A stretch of DNA of 63,108 nt, filler included, from Reticulomyxa filosa (taxonomy: Eukaryota; Protista; Foraminifera): NCBI GenBank assembly GCA_000512085.1. It is 18 parts of 18 records of this genome, joined end to end, with 100 filler letters (N's around TTAATTAATTAA, not from the genome) between each part and the next. Parts side by side here need not be neighbours in the genome. Positions count along the whole stretch, not along the records: positions 1 to 1,309 come from ASPP01005394.1; positions 1,410 to 2,449 come from ASPP01035984.1; positions 2,550 to 4,587 come from ASPP01008659.1; positions 4,688 to 12,232 come from ASPP01008431.1; positions 12,333 to 15,814 come from ASPP01012015.1; 13 more parts are not named here. The stretch is one strand, 5' to 3'. This document shows, piece after piece, positions 1 to 12,402 of this stretch. The notes under the pieces are model-generated. The model was given only the letters and a program-made list of their open reading frames with translations. It was not told where the DNA came from and searched no databases. Numbering within the stretch: the stretch's first letter is position 1; the number at the start of each line of letters is the position of its first letter. The position numbers were made by a program, and so were the translations under genes.

Positions 1-1265
1 CCTTGATGATGGCGAGCTGGCGACCCAGCGCCTCGTAGTGAGGCTGGCCGTAGAAGGCCGTGCCGGCCGGCCGGGCGACGCGCTTCTGGATCAGGCCGAC
101 GGCATGGAAGACCAGCGGGTTGAGCATGATCGAGAACAGCGCGCCGCCGACCACCAGGTCGCGGCCCTCGTTGGGCACGAGCCCGGCCGAGATGCCGAGC
201 GCGATCAGGATGAAGGAGAATTCGCCGATCTGGGCCAGGCTCGCCGACACGACGAGGCCGGTGCCGATCGGGTAGCGCAACAGCATGATGATGGCGAAGG
301 CGATCAGCGACTTGCCGAAGATGATCAGCGCCAGCACCGAGAGCACGGCGCCGGGCGAGCGGTAGAGGATGGTCGGATCGAACAGCATGCCGACCGAGAC
401 GAAGAACAGGACCGAGAACGCGTCCTGCAGCGGCAGGAATCGGCGGCCGCCTTGTGGCTGAACGAGGATTCGCTCAGCACCACGCCCGCGAAGAAGGCGC
501 CCGAGCGCAAACGAACGCCGAAGATTTCGCCGAGCCTAGGCGATGCCCAGCGCACCGCGAGGACCGGAGGTGAACAGTCGCGCGAGCCGTGCGCGCGACA
601 CGGGCCAGCATCCACGGGACTACCTTCGGGCCGATCAGGATGGCGATGGCGGCGAAGGCCGCGACCTTCGAGAGAGTGATCGCCAGTTCAAGCGCGATCG
701 GCATGTCCGATGGAGAGTGGCCCTGGATCGGCTTGCCGCCGAGCACTTCGGCAAAGGCCGGCAGCAGCACGAGCGCCAGCACCATCGCCAGGTCCTCGAC
801 GATCAGCCATCCAACCGCGACCCGTCCGTTGGGGCTGTCGACCATGTTGCGCTCTTCCAGCGCCTTCAGGAGCACGACCGTACTGGCGACCGACAGGCTG
901 AGACCGACGACGAGGCCGGTGCCGAAGCTCCAGCCCCACAGCGAACACAGGCCGATGCCCAGCAGGGTGGCCAGTACGATCTGGCCGATGGCACCCGGTA
1001 TGGCGATACCCTTCACGGCGAGAAGATCGGAGGCGGAGAAATGCAGGCCGACGCCGAACATCAGCAGGATGACACCCACTTCGGCGAGCTGCGCCGAAAG
1101 CCCCGCATCCGCCACGAAGCCCGGCGTATAGGGACCGATCAGGATTCCGGCGACGAGATATCCGACCAGCGGCGGAAGACGCAGCCGGTCGGCGATGTAG
1201 CCGAAACCGAAGGCGAGCACGAAGCCGATGGCAATGGTGGAGATCAACGCCGCTTCGTGATGCAC
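1..1265 (-). CDS. ybaL: Bacterial CPA2 cation:proton antiporter (YbaL/RosB/KefB-like), partial, with frameshifts
   Basis: MHHEAALISTIAIGFVLAFGFG..RLRLPPLVGYLVAGILIGP..LAEVGVILLMFGVGLHFS..STVVLLKALEER..GWLIVEDL. Continues in other frames (GAFFAGVVLSES, LAQIGEFSFI). Very GC-rich and intronless, unlike the rest of the window. Confidence 0.9.
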
Positions 1266-1309
1266 GCCCGGGGTCCGTCTGTTGTTTCGGGAGGAGCGGC
1301 ATTCTAAAG

Positions 1310-1409
1310 NNNNNNNNNNNNNNNNNNNNNNNNNNNNNNNNNNNNNNNNNNNNTTAATTAATTAANNNNNNNNNNNNNNNNNNNNNNNNNNNNNNNNNNN
1401 NNNNNNNNN
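1310..1409. other. Artificial contig linker N44-TTAATTAATTAA-N44; recurs at 2450, 4588, 12233, 15815, 20249, 23902, 28384, 29723, 34306, 35907, 37807, 40219, 46557, 56115, 59276 and 61807
   Basis: Identical 100-bp spacer with a six-frame stop palindrome at every N gap. Confidence 0.99.
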
Positions 1410-2250
1410 TTCATTGGACAATTTTTATTCAGCACATTTTAAAGTTTTTGAAATTGCAGCCAGCTGGAACAAAATCCACGATGTTCTCCCTTTCTTAAAA
1501 TTGTGAGCTACTGGGTTTTTATGAAACTTGGAGGCTTTGTGATATCAACCGGTCTGATCAAAATCTACGTTGGTATTCCTTAATTTATGAATGAAATATT
1601 AAAATTTTTTTGATTGTTGTTTTTATCAAATATCCAAGTTTCCTTGCTGCCTTGCCATAGATCTAATTAATATGCTTGGAATAAGTCATGTGAGAATCAA
1701 GAAACAATCGTCTTATCAGCTGCAAGTAACATTTTCCATTTATTGGACCAAATGGATACTTCATCCAGGCTTTGCTGCAATGATCGCAATTGAATCCTGC
1801 TTGTGTTTGATGCAGCAATTGTTTGTCATTCAACTACCACATAATCTCCTTTAATATTTGATTGTGGATGTTATCAGGACCTTGAGCTTTGTATGGAGAT
1901 AAATGTCTCATAGCTTCAATCACTTCTTCTTTTGTGATATTACTCACTCACATCAATAAAATCATCATTCAATTCCAATGGTTTAGATATCGCCACTTTA
2001 AATCTGATATCATCTTCAATCATTTCATAATTTTTTTTATCAACATCTTTTGGAGGCTGAGGAGGTTCTGCAAATGTCTTTGTCAATAGATATGCTTTAT
2101 CAATGCTGGAATAATGCATATTTTATTGGTGTTCAATGCCTTGGATTGTGTAAATAAATTTCTTGTGTTCCCTTCATGCAGCGAATTTATGCTGTTTACC
2201 ATATGTTGATGCTTTTCTAATTGCAATTTCCTTCTCAATTGCTTGTTATC
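1410..2250 (-). mobile_element. Degenerate LINE ORF2 fragment (pre-RT/RT region)
   Basis: Minus strand reads INSLHEGNTRNLFTQ and ITKEEVIEAMRHLSPYKAQGPDNIHNQ (KAPGPDGI-type motif). Homologous to 20750-20840, 16530-16590 and 30790-30870. Stops and frameshifts present. Confidence 0.8.
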
Positions 2251-2254
2251 CAAG

Positions 2255-2449
2255 ACAGTAGTTGGTTTTTAACCTTTTTCACCATTTGGCAACGTTTTTG
2301 TTGCAATTCATTTTCGGGGGGGCTGCTAAACAAAAGAAAAAGCGTGAAGAAGCAGTGAATAATCCTGAAGTGAATGGATATGTCCTGCTTCGAGGAATAT
2401 CAATTCGCGAAAGCGATTGCGAAATCAAGGAGACATTGGAAGATTATGG
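2255..2449 (+). mobile_element. LINE leader piece plus ORF1 fragment, opposite orientation to the adjacent ORF2 piece
   Basis: KQKKKREEAVNNPEVNGYVLLRGISIRESDCEIKETLEDYG matches the minus strand at 31365-31495. 2290-2325 matches the reverse complement of about 30188-30225. Confidence 0.75.
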
Positions 2450-2549
2450 NNNNNNNNNNNNNNNNNNNNNNNNNNNNNNNNNNNNNNNNNNNNTTAATTA
2501 ATTAANNNNNNNNNNNNNNNNNNNNNNNNNNNNNNNNNNNNNNNNNNNN

Positions 2550-3057
2550 CGATTGCTCATCGTCGGACAAAGCGACCTCTTTTAATTGTCTTGGACGACC
2601 AGGTACTGTCAAATTGTTCGATTGCTAAAAAAAAAAAAAAAAAGATCATTTTCCATCCTTTTTTTTTTTTTTTGATTGTTATTGGAAAATATTGAAGGTT
2701 TGTTGTTTTTGTCAACTCTTGTCTTTGCATATGTGTGTGTATATGTTTTGCAAACGAGTGCCCACCTCTTCGTTAGTTCGGCCGGAGACAAGTCTGAGTT
2801 GTTCCACATTCAACACTGTTTGGGAAGGCCCATGAGAGTATTCAGCTTCATTGGGTTGCTTATAGCCGCTCACGATGCCGGCACCTATTCACCAGAAAAT
2901 GTTCTTTATTTCCACGTTCCTCCGCATTTGCGGTAATTTTAACAAACAAAACGAGCCAATTCATGCGTTATTTACAACCAAAGACCAATACAAAACCATA
3001 AAATGAAAACCAATTACCTTCAAGTTGCGCAATCGACTCTGCATGCAAATGGGTCAT
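2550..3057 (-). CDS. Hypothetical spliced gene, 5' part, divergent from the USP gene
   Basis: ATG 3057 MTHLHAESIAQLE, GT-AG intron, GAGIVSGYKQPNEAEYSHGPSQTVLNVEQLRLVSGRTNEE, intron, PGRPRQLKEVALSDDEQS. Truncated by the contig end. Confidence 0.5.
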
Positions 3058-3518
3058 TTTATACTCGCTTTTTCTGTTGAAATGAGGAAGTTTTTTGGAT
3101 TTTGGCTCACTTTAACTTTTGTTGGGAGAACTGCAAACGTGCGAAGCAGTCCGCAAGTACTGAAAAATGACCAAGATGTTCATAAACATTGACTAATCAA
3201 TAAAAATTGTAAAAATAACTCTGATTTATTATAAAGCTATCCTCTTCTCACAGAGACTTGGAAAACAAAGATTGGTCATATCCAGGATAAAAGCTTAATA
3301 TTTTCATAAGACAAGTTTTTAAAAATAATTTGTTATTTTCCAGCTCTTTCTTAGATTAAAGAAAAAAAAAGTGGCAGTTTGAAATAAATAATAGGATTGA
3401 CGTGGCAAATTAAAAAATGCAATTAGCAATGTTAGTCTTATCCTAACAAACAAAAAAAGAAAAAAAGCACGCAGAAGGAACGTAAACACCCAACCGTAAG
3501 TTCTTCTTGTTTCCTTCA

Positions 3519-4587
3519 ATGGCCGAAGCAGAAGTAAAAGATGTCAAAAATGACAATAAGACGGATGATTCGGAACAAAATGTAGAGAAATTAACGACAT
3601 CAGGAAGCATTGTAATGGCAACAAAGCGGAATAAGTTTGTCGGATTATTGAATCAACGAGCAACTTGTTATTTGAATAGTTTATTACAAAGTATGTACTT
3701 TACGCCAGAATTGCGACGAGGTTTGTATGAGTTGCCAGAAGATGAGTTGGGCGTTGCCTATTTGCAAGAGACGGAAGAGTTGGAGAAGAAGATAGCAAAC
3801 GGTGAAATCCAAACAAAGGAGGAGGATGTAGCTTCATTAATGGCATCAGGATTTTCAGCACCTCGAGTTACGAGCTGTGCAAACACTTGTTTGTTTTTTG
3901 ATGGTTATATGAGTGTGTAAGTGACAATAAGAGACCAAAGTCAAGCATATATTATTGTCTGTATTGTATTGGAATAAAATGGTGAAATAATTTATTATTA
4001 TTATTATTATTTTTTTTTTATTATTATTATTTTTTTAAAAAAAAAAAAAAAAACTGTAGGCAAAACGAGTCATTAGCAAAGGCGAATAATGACGTGAAGA
4101 AAGCGGAAGAATTATTGAAAAGTGGCAAAGTGCCATCGGTAAAAAAAGTGATAATTCAATTACGACAATTGTTTGCGCAATTACAAAATGGAGATGCGGA
4201 TAGTGTCTCCACGAAAGAAATAACGAAAAGTTTCGGTTGGTTGAATAAAGAGGCGACAGTCCAGCACGACGCACATGAACTCAATCGCATTTTGTTGGAC
4301 GCCATCGAACGCAGTATCAATGACACGAATCAAAAAACATTAGTGAACGACATTTATCAAGGCCAAACTATACACCGCACTCTGTGCTTGGAATGCTCTC
4401 AGGTTAGCATTACCAAAGAAACCTTTTTGGACATTATGGTTGAGGTCCAAAATGTTAAGCACTTGAAGGAATCGCTTGAACAAAACGTCAAACCCGAGTT
4501 TTTTGTCGGCGATAACCAATACTTTTGCAGTCATTGCCATCGCAAAACCGACGCAAAACGGACCATGGCCTATTGTTCTTTGCCACC
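3519..4587 (+). CDS. Ubiquitin-specific protease (peptidase C19, USP7/40/47-like) with internal UBA; partial; intron 3867-4059
   Basis: Cys box GLLNQRATCYLNSLLQSMYFTPELR, QHDAHEL box, zinc-finger pairs CLEC and CSHC, KTDAKR. Confidence 0.92.
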
Positions 4588-4690
4588 NNNNNNNNNNNNN
4601 NNNNNNNNNNNNNNNNNNNNNNNNNNNNNNNTTAATTAATTAANNNNNNNNNNNNNNNNNNNNNNNNNNNNNNNNNNNNNNNNNNNNCCA

Positions 4691-5365
4691 TTGAGCTTAT
4701 GTGTATGCTTAAGCGATATGTATGGGGAACCCTTTTGTGTCAGTGATTCGTATTGCAATGATGCCACTGATTGTGAAAGCAACAACGATTGCCCGAGGGA
4801 TTGGATATGCTCTCCCTACAGCTGCTGTGGAAAATCAGTATGTCTTGCTCAATGTGGAAAAGAGGTGACCACGACCTCGGTTTACAATCAGGGAAGCACG
4901 CAACAATCGGCTTCGTATCCGATTGGCATCGTCATTGCTGTCGTCACTGGCCTGATCGTGTCGATGTTTATTTATTTGGTGTGTCTTCGACAACGCTCCT
5001 CTCGTCGCGCACCTTCCGTTCAAGTCGTAGTCAGGCCAGGCATTCAAGAAGCGGAATTGCCAAATTACTTCCGAGAGGAAGTCTATGACACGGAATTATC
5101 CACTCAAAATGGAAAAAGAAGAAACTCGCTGTCATTTGGAGAAGAGTTTGCGGGTACAACTGCCCATCCCTCCAGTGAAGTGTGGGCACAGATTCAATCC
5201 ACACCTGACTTGTGCTGCGTCATTTGCGCGGAAACTTTTTCCTTGGAACAAAAAGTCGCCAAGTTACACTGTGGCCATTTTTTTCACAAACACTGTGCTG
5301 TTCAATGGCTTCGCCAAAACCCTACTTGCCCTCTTTGTCGTTCTAACGCGCAAAAATTTAATTGA
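4691..5365 (+). CDS. Membrane RING-H2 E3 ligase with Cys-rich ectodomain (5' truncated)
   Basis: Cys-rich N-terminus, TM IGIVIAVVTGLIVSMFIYLVCL, C-terminal CVIC..LHCGHFFHKHCAVQWLRQNPTCPLCR. Confidence 0.9.
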   Translation: MSLCVCLSDMYGEPFCVSDSYCNDATDCESNNDCPRDWICSPYSCCGKSVCLAQCGKEVTTTSVYNQGSTQQSASYPIGIVIAVVTGLIVSMFIYLVCLRQRSSRRAPSVQVVVRPGIQEAELPNYFREEVYDTELSTQNGKRRNSLSFGEEFAGTTAHPSSEVWAQIQSTPDLCCVICAETFSLEQKVAKLHCGHFFHKHCAVQWLRQNPTCPLCRSNAQKFN

Positions 5366-5912
5366 AGTTGGTGGTCCGCTTTTTGAGATTTCTTCAAATA
5401 TTACAATGTCAAACGAAAATAAAAGCACGGACAATCAAGCGAGTTCATGCCCACACCCCTTTTTTAGAAAACTCTTTAACAGCAATTGTTACAATTTTAT
5501 AGTCTAGGAATTGGCACATGTATTTCTTTTTTCTTTTGAAGGGGGGGGTTTGGTTGTAAGGTGACGTTCAATGGATTACATTAAAGTGTTCAGTTTACTT
5601 TTGTATACTTCAGTAACGAAAACTAATTTCAAAAAAAAAATTGCAAACAAAACCTCTACTTCTTTGCTCCAGAATCAGAACAAAAAGCACCACAAATACA
5701 AAACTAAGCGCTTATATCTGATTGATACAAACAGAAATACTAATTTCAAATAAGTAATGCTACAAATTAAGCCAGCATAGACGCTTTCACCATATTTGTT
5801 CAATCGCCTGTAACTGGAAAAAAGCAAAGTACGAACTATTCTTAACACTGATGAACCAAGTATAAATTTTGGGGGAAAAGCCTGGCTAAAAAAAACTCTT
5901 AGTTTTAATCTG

Positions 5913-7496
5913 ATGTTGAACATCATTAACGAATCCTCAGAAGAAGAAGATGAAGGAGAAAAAAGAATTAAAGAAGAAGAAGAAGAAAAGGTGCTTAGTA
6001 CAAGTGTAGAAACTTTTGAGTACGTTTGTCCAGAACGAAGAACATATGATTTTTTAGTTAGTTATTTTGAGAAAAATAGAAATAAAGAAGCGATAGAACT
6101 TTCATTATTACATCATTTAATGCATGAGAATGAGAAAACAGTAATAAATAAAGAGATTAAGGATGACATAAAAAAATATGGAATTGCAGGAACAAATAAA
6201 TATTATCCATGGCGTAAACGTGGAATGATAAAATATAAAAATTTTGTGGAATCAATACCAGGATTAGAATATAAAACAGATGAACATAATAATTTATTAA
6301 TATCAATAAAAAAAGATAATAATAATAATAATAATAAAATGAATGAAATATTTGAAGAAATAGAAAAAGAAGATAAAGAAAAAGAATTATTAAATAAAAT
6401 AAAAAAACAAATGATAATAGAATAAATAATAGAATTATAAAAAAAGAAGATAATAAAAAAAAGAAAAAAAAATGGTTATCAATATTAATATCAAAAATAA
6501 ATATATCAAATAAATTAAATGAATCAAATGAATCAAATGAATTAATAAATGAATTTAAATTTCCTTATTATTATTATTATCAAAAATTAAAATATTCTTA
6601 TGAATTACTTAAAAATATAAATTGGAATTTAGATAAAATATTAGAAAATTTATGTCCAGAAAAAAATATTCTAAATTCAAAAAATAAGAAAAAAGAGGTT
6701 CTTGGAAAAAATATCAAATTGAAACTTTTTATTTAATATTACAAATATTATTAATTGAATCAAAATTTTATAAAACAAAAAAATATGGAAAATTGTTGAT
6801 TTTGGATGTGGTACTGGTCATACTAGTATTATTTTAGCATATTTATTATCTTTACAAAATATTCCTTATCATTTTATATTAATTGATAATAATACACATG
6901 TACATTCTATTATTCAAAAAAAATGTTCTGATTTTAATATTCATAATATTACTACTTTACAATGTAATATTCAAGATTTTAAAGATAATTTTGATATTGG
7001 TATTAGTATTCATGCTTGTGGATTAGCTACTGATTTTGCTCAATTTCAATGTATTCAAAATCATGCTTTATTTATTTGTTGTTCTTGTTGTGTTGGAAAA
7101 ATTCAAACACAACAACAATCTATTTATTCTATTTCTACACCCAGATCTAAATGGTTAAATAATATTATACAATCTGATGAATATTTTCAATTATGTCAAT
7201 ATGCTGATCACAATGCTACCACTACTACTCATTCCACTGATTTTATTATTGAACAACAAAAAAGATATTGTAAAAGTGTTTTAGAATGGGATCGATGTAT
7301 GTATGCATTAGAATCTGGAATATATGATGTAGTATTTATGACTAGAGTTATTCCTTATACTGAAGATCCCAATCATTCTTCTTCTGCTTCAAAAACACTT
7401 TTCAATTCTCCTAAAAATGATGTTATTGTTGGTGTACCCAAACATTGGGATGATTCTACCAAAAAAGCAATCAAACAGGCTTTTGCCATTCCATAA
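5913..7496 (+). CDS. GSTCD-like class I SAM methyltransferase (Methyltransf_32-like); frameshifts in A-rich runs
   Basis: Open frame from about 6780 to 7496, mostly missed by the ORF track: IVDFGCGTGHTSIILAY..FDIGISIHACGLATDFAQFQC..CCSCCVGKI..CKSVLEWDR..SPKNDVIVG. N-terminal part is ORF 5913-6425. Confidence 0.8.
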
Positions 7497-7795
7497 TAAT
7501 AATAATATTATTATTTTTTTTTTTATAACAAGTTTGTGTGGATTTTTCATTTTCTTATTCAAAATATTTTTTCAGTTCAGCATACTTTTTTTGTTCAATC
7601 CAAGTGCACTTACATTAGATTCGATAAAAATAACAAATAAAAAAGAAACATAAGTTGACTAAATATTAACAATATGGCATTTTATCGAATTATCTCCTGC
7701 AACTTTTTAAAAAAGTTTTTTTATTGCAAAATGAGATGAAGGAACTATCAATCGCACACAAAGTGCAAGTTAAAAAAAAAGTGTTCGACATCCAA

Positions 7796-8927
7796 TTACA
7801 CTTGTTCCTTAGACATTAAAACTCCATTCTTAATGACCATTTGACCACATGTGGAACCATTTCTTCTTGTACCATTCGAAATAGATGGCACTAATGAATA
7901 GGTAGTTGGTTGAGATGAACGATTTCCATCTTCAAACATGCACGAAAAAATATATATATATATGAACAAATGGAATTGAAATAAAATATAGAATAATAAA
8001 CTGAGAAAAGGAATGGAAAAATGATCCAAATATGGCATTTGTGAAGCAGCAACAAAATCAGATCGAGTAATCAGCCATCCCTTCCATCCATTCCAATTAT
8101 CCAAATATTTGAGAACATTGTGACGTATGCGAAAGCATCCAGGGAATCCAGATATATAAATCCCTCCAACAAGTATTCCAGATAAATGACCAGTAAAAGA
8201 TGCGTTCATCAATAACGATAATAACACCAAGTTCAAAAATGGAATCAACCATTTCGGAACGTTGCTTCCCATAAATGATCCTGTATCTCCTGGAGTCCAT
8301 TTTAAATGTACCACAAAATATGCAAATAGTACTCCTATTTCAATTATATATATATAAATATTATATATATGTATATACATATATAATTACATTGTGAAAA
8401 AAGATAACCAGAGAATCCAACACTATTGGATTGTGAGTAGTCGAGAATGGAGCCAAAGTATCGTAAGAAAAATGACAGAGGTATCATTAAAGGACCAATG
8501 ACAGCTACAAATGCAATGGTCATTCCTAAAAATGCAAATGTTCCAAATTTTTTTTCCAACATCGATCCAACATTCCAAAGCTAATTTTTTTTCCCATCCC
8601 ATACAAGATTTTTTTTAAAAAAACAAAAAAGATCAATTTATGGATGCAAGATAAATACAGACTCCAAACTGTCATCATGTTTAATGTTATGTGAAGTATT
8701 CCCATTGGACCAGTCGAAGCATTGAATGGAATATGTAAGAAATTGTGTAAAAATAGACGTGGCCAATTCGTGTCAATGTGCGTGTATACAGCCGTAGGTA
8801 AAAGTCCAAAACGTGAGACCACAGTCGGGTCAACAAGTTCTAACACATAAAAGATGATGTTTAGTACAAATAGCAGTTTTACACCCAAGGGTACTGTTAT
8901 TGATGTCGTAGGCTGTGGTGCCAACAT
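7796..8927 (-). CDS. Active rhomboid intramembrane serine protease (RHBDL4/RHBDD1-like), multi-exon
   Basis: WPRLFLHNFLH..HITLNM, catalytic VGFSG, and SFTGHLSGILVG. About three GT-AG introns. Confidence 0.88.
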
Positions 8928-9249
8928 TTTCTTTTGTTTCAGTTTTTTTTTTTGCAAAAAAATACCCCTTTAAAAAAAAAGGTATATCTTGTCAAAAAAC
9001 TGAGAAATGACTTATACTTGTAAATCTTTTTTTCATTCGTAAGCTTTTAAAAAAGAAGGTATAAATGATAACAAACGTATTGTCAATAGTTCTTTTATAA
9101 AAAAAACCAATTAAAAGTTTTAGGATCTGTGGAAATTAAGCTGTTATTGCTTTTGTAAATAAGGATGAGACATGCAAGCATTTCACAACGTCGCATAGTA
9201 TCTCCTGAGACAACTTTTGACGCTCCTTTACAAGATGAAAAGTCAAAAA

Positions 9250-11553
9250 ATGGGAGGAAATTTCCAAGTCGAGAAAGAGAAAAATGAAAACAAACAAAAA
9301 AAGTTTGAAACAACAACGACTGTCAAAAGTAAAACAAACAAACAAAAAATGCATAACAATTAGAAAACAAGACAACAGTATATCGAATATTGGCATTAGT
9401 GATTGTAAGCATGCTAATATTGGCTATAACATTGATATGGAAGAGAGACACGAACACAGACAGCACAAAGCGCCATTCAATGTCAGACATGGATCCAAAG
9501 TTTGAACCGACCTTTGTGAACGATGACAAGACAGCACAAGAATCAAATGAAGAACAGAACAATGAATCAGGTTTTCTAAGAAAGATAATTTTGTTGATAT
9601 AAAAATACACTTTTTTGTTGAAAAAAAAATGATAAGTTTAGACAGACCAAAGAAAGTAATACGCAAGTTCCCACCGGCATTACCCGAGAGCCAACGAGTA
9701 GAGGGTGTGCGAAATGGTGAAAAGTTTTGGGAGGAACTAGCAATATTGAACGATTTACCAGAAGCAGACCCCAAGGGTTTGATCTACGTGATGAACAGCA
9801 TCTTTCTGCCAAAGTCGAAGATGTTGACGATATTTACATTGACAAAAGAGTATCTTCGTCCGGAGCATGGTTTGCACGCATGGCCAACAAGGAAGATCAA
9901 ACGGCCACAAGTGTACTCAGACTTGCCAAAAACCATTTTGGAAATTGAAAACCCTACAATTGCTATTCAACCACCACTCTTTTGCGTGTTCTTTGCCTAT
10001 TCTTTCCATAACTCTTCTACACCTCCCAATGTTTATTTTGTGTCCAAGGTAAGTATAAATATATATATGTATATATGTATATATGTTTATATTTATAATT
10101 TATAATTTATTTAAAGGTTGATTATGTACCCAATTGGACAACTCGTGATCGATATGTGAATTTAGCCAGTTCGATACTTCGATGTCAAGTGCCGATAGAA
10201 GAGATGAATGGACACATTGATTTTGCAAATGGCAATGCGCGTTTGGCATTTGCGTTGAGTCAACGTGTGGAAGGAGAGCTTTTGAATCGAAACGATGAGT
10301 CAACACAAAAAAAAGACAAATTAATCCATATTCGTCTATCTGTTTCGATTGGCACACGCAGTGCAGTTGGCATACGCACGCGCGATCGTCCTTTCGTATA
10401 TCGCAATGACAGTCTCTTTTTTGAGTCATCACCAGAAAGACAACTCACTTTGTGCATGCCACCCATCAGCGAACCCTTGCCTTTTCTCTCCGAAAATTTT
10501 GCTCATCATTTCAATTTGGGAATTGAACATATCTATATTGGCACACACTTTGATCATGATAAAGTGGAGGATTATACTAACAAGTTTTTAATATATATAT
10601 ATTTTTTTTAAAAATATATCAAAAAATATATATATTATACACATAAGATTAATTGAACGAGTGAAACCTTGGTATGATGCAGGCAAAGTAACAATATGGC
10701 CTCATGAACAAAAATGGCTTGGATTTACAGACAAAGCCAAAGACCATTGGTTAAATCAATGCTTATATTATGTGAAGGATCGAGATGCTTATACATTGTC
10801 ATTGGATGCCGATGAATTTGTGTTGGTTCATGCTTTTGAGAAATGGTATTCCGAAGGTCATTCACAAGGTGATAAACCATCGCTTTTGTCTCTGCTGGAC
10901 TCTCGACGTTTCACCAATGAATACTGTTGGCTGTCCTTTGCCAGTTATCAAGTATGGAAATTGTGGAATCCTTTGTCGCAATTGATGATCCAACGCTTCA
11001 CTGGAAGAGAGGCCACATCTCAATACACGTGGAGCAAAGTCATTTGGAATAATGATGTTTTATGGTATACTGGATATCAGCTGGTGGTGCTTGCTCTGCT
11101 CAAGATCACAATTGGACACAAATCATTAATGATTGGAGGGACTCACTTGGTATTTATTACTTGTATTTTATATTATATGTGTATATATTCTTTTTAGTCT
11201 TTCTGTTGTGCGAGGAGAAAGAAACAAGATAATATTAAAAAAACAGTTTTACCTATACTTTAGATCCCAAATACGTCTATCGCTTCGATGAAGGAGTCGA
11301 AGCGAGAATTTGGCATTATTACAATTCACGTCTTATTCGAATTGAACCCGAAGACTCCAAACAAAGATCTCCTTGGTCTCGATTAGTCAATGATACTGCC
11401 ATGACGCATGTCTATCTTCCATTTATCCGTGCCGAGTTTGATCGCTTGCTTATCCCAAATTCATATCCTGATAACTCATTCGATGTCATGCAAACCCCAT
11501 ATTATTTAAAACATTATGGAGATCAACAATCCATGGCAAAATGGAACCCTTAA
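9250..11553 (+). CDS. Type II membrane glycosyltransferase, GT92/DUF23-like, multi-exon (start approximate)
   Basis: N-terminal TM ILALVIVSMLILAITLIW, LTLCMPP..HHFNLGIEHIYI, WLNQCLYY..SLDADEFV (DxD), IWHYY. Stop TAA at 11551-11553. Confidence 0.75.
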
Positions 11554-11677
11554 ATTTCTTCCATTTTTTTACAATCAACATAACGATCATCAAACTGTTG
11601 CTTTTCTTTTTTAAAAAAATAAAAGAATTGCTTTCGCTTCTATGTGAGTAATTGAGGTTTTCATCTTTGATTTCATT

Positions 11678-11893
11678 TGTGAGAAGTGCTGACTGCTACT
11701 TTGACCGGTACTAAGTGTAACACGAAAATATTGCTATCTGAGCAACTTTTCAACAAAAACAAGCAAATAAATCAAGAAGAATACAAATGACAGCAACAAC
11801 AAAACGAGCAGTAAGTTAGTAGATAAGTTTTATGAAAAGTGATTTCCAGATTCACTTGAACCTGAACATCAAACAGTAGGTCCTTGCCCTACA
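11678..11893 (+). mobile_element. Solo-LTR-like element, copy 1
   Basis: TGTGAG...CTAAGTGTAACACGAAA...CTTGCCCTACA; shares motifs with four other copies. No clear TSD. Confidence 0.6.
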
Positions 11894-12402
11894 ACTGCAT
11901 CAAATAATGTCTTGTTTGCCTTATTTTAACAAATCGCTCCAATTTTTTCTCATCATGGACAAGGAAAGAGAATATATACAATGAAACGATGTTCAATTAC
12001 AGCAACTCATCTTACTCAAAACGAAAATTCAATTGTATCGCATTCTCTCAACTTCTTTGAAAGAGACAAATTCAATTAGTAAAAACAGCCTTTTAGAAAT
12101 GAAAAGTTTCAAAATAAAATAATTGAAATCGGGATACTATTTGATTCTGTGTATTCGGATACGAAAAGAGGACACATAGTTGTTTAGAATAATGATGACT
12201 GAGCATTCAAGACATATAGAATTTGCGCAGTTNNNNNNNNNNNNNNNNNNNNNNNNNNNNNNNNNNNNNNNNNNNNTTAATTAATTAANNNNNNNNNNNN
12301 NNNNNNNNNNNNNNNNNNNNNNNNNNNNNNNNGATATATTAATATGTCGATATATTAATATGTCGATATATTGAGATGTCGATATATTGGTGTATTAGAA
12401 TG

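Noticed and set aside
38-1307. Long plus-strand ORFs in the first contig
   Set aside because: Shadow ORFs of the GC-rich minus-strand antiporter.
1354-1365. Recurrent TTAATTAATTAA palindrome as a biological repeat or CRISPR-like array
   Set aside because: It is always centred in an identical N spacer, so it is a concatenation linker. Adjacency across linkers carries no biological meaning.
6420-6780. Programmed frameshifting or an alternative genetic code in host genes
   Set aside because: Most breaks sit in or near homopolymer runs typical of pyrosequencing error, and intact genes end at ordinary TAA, TAG or TGA.
12333-12390. Tandem repeat (GATATATTAATATGTC) about three times
   Set aside because: Short intronic minisatellite at a contig edge with no spacers; not CRISPR.
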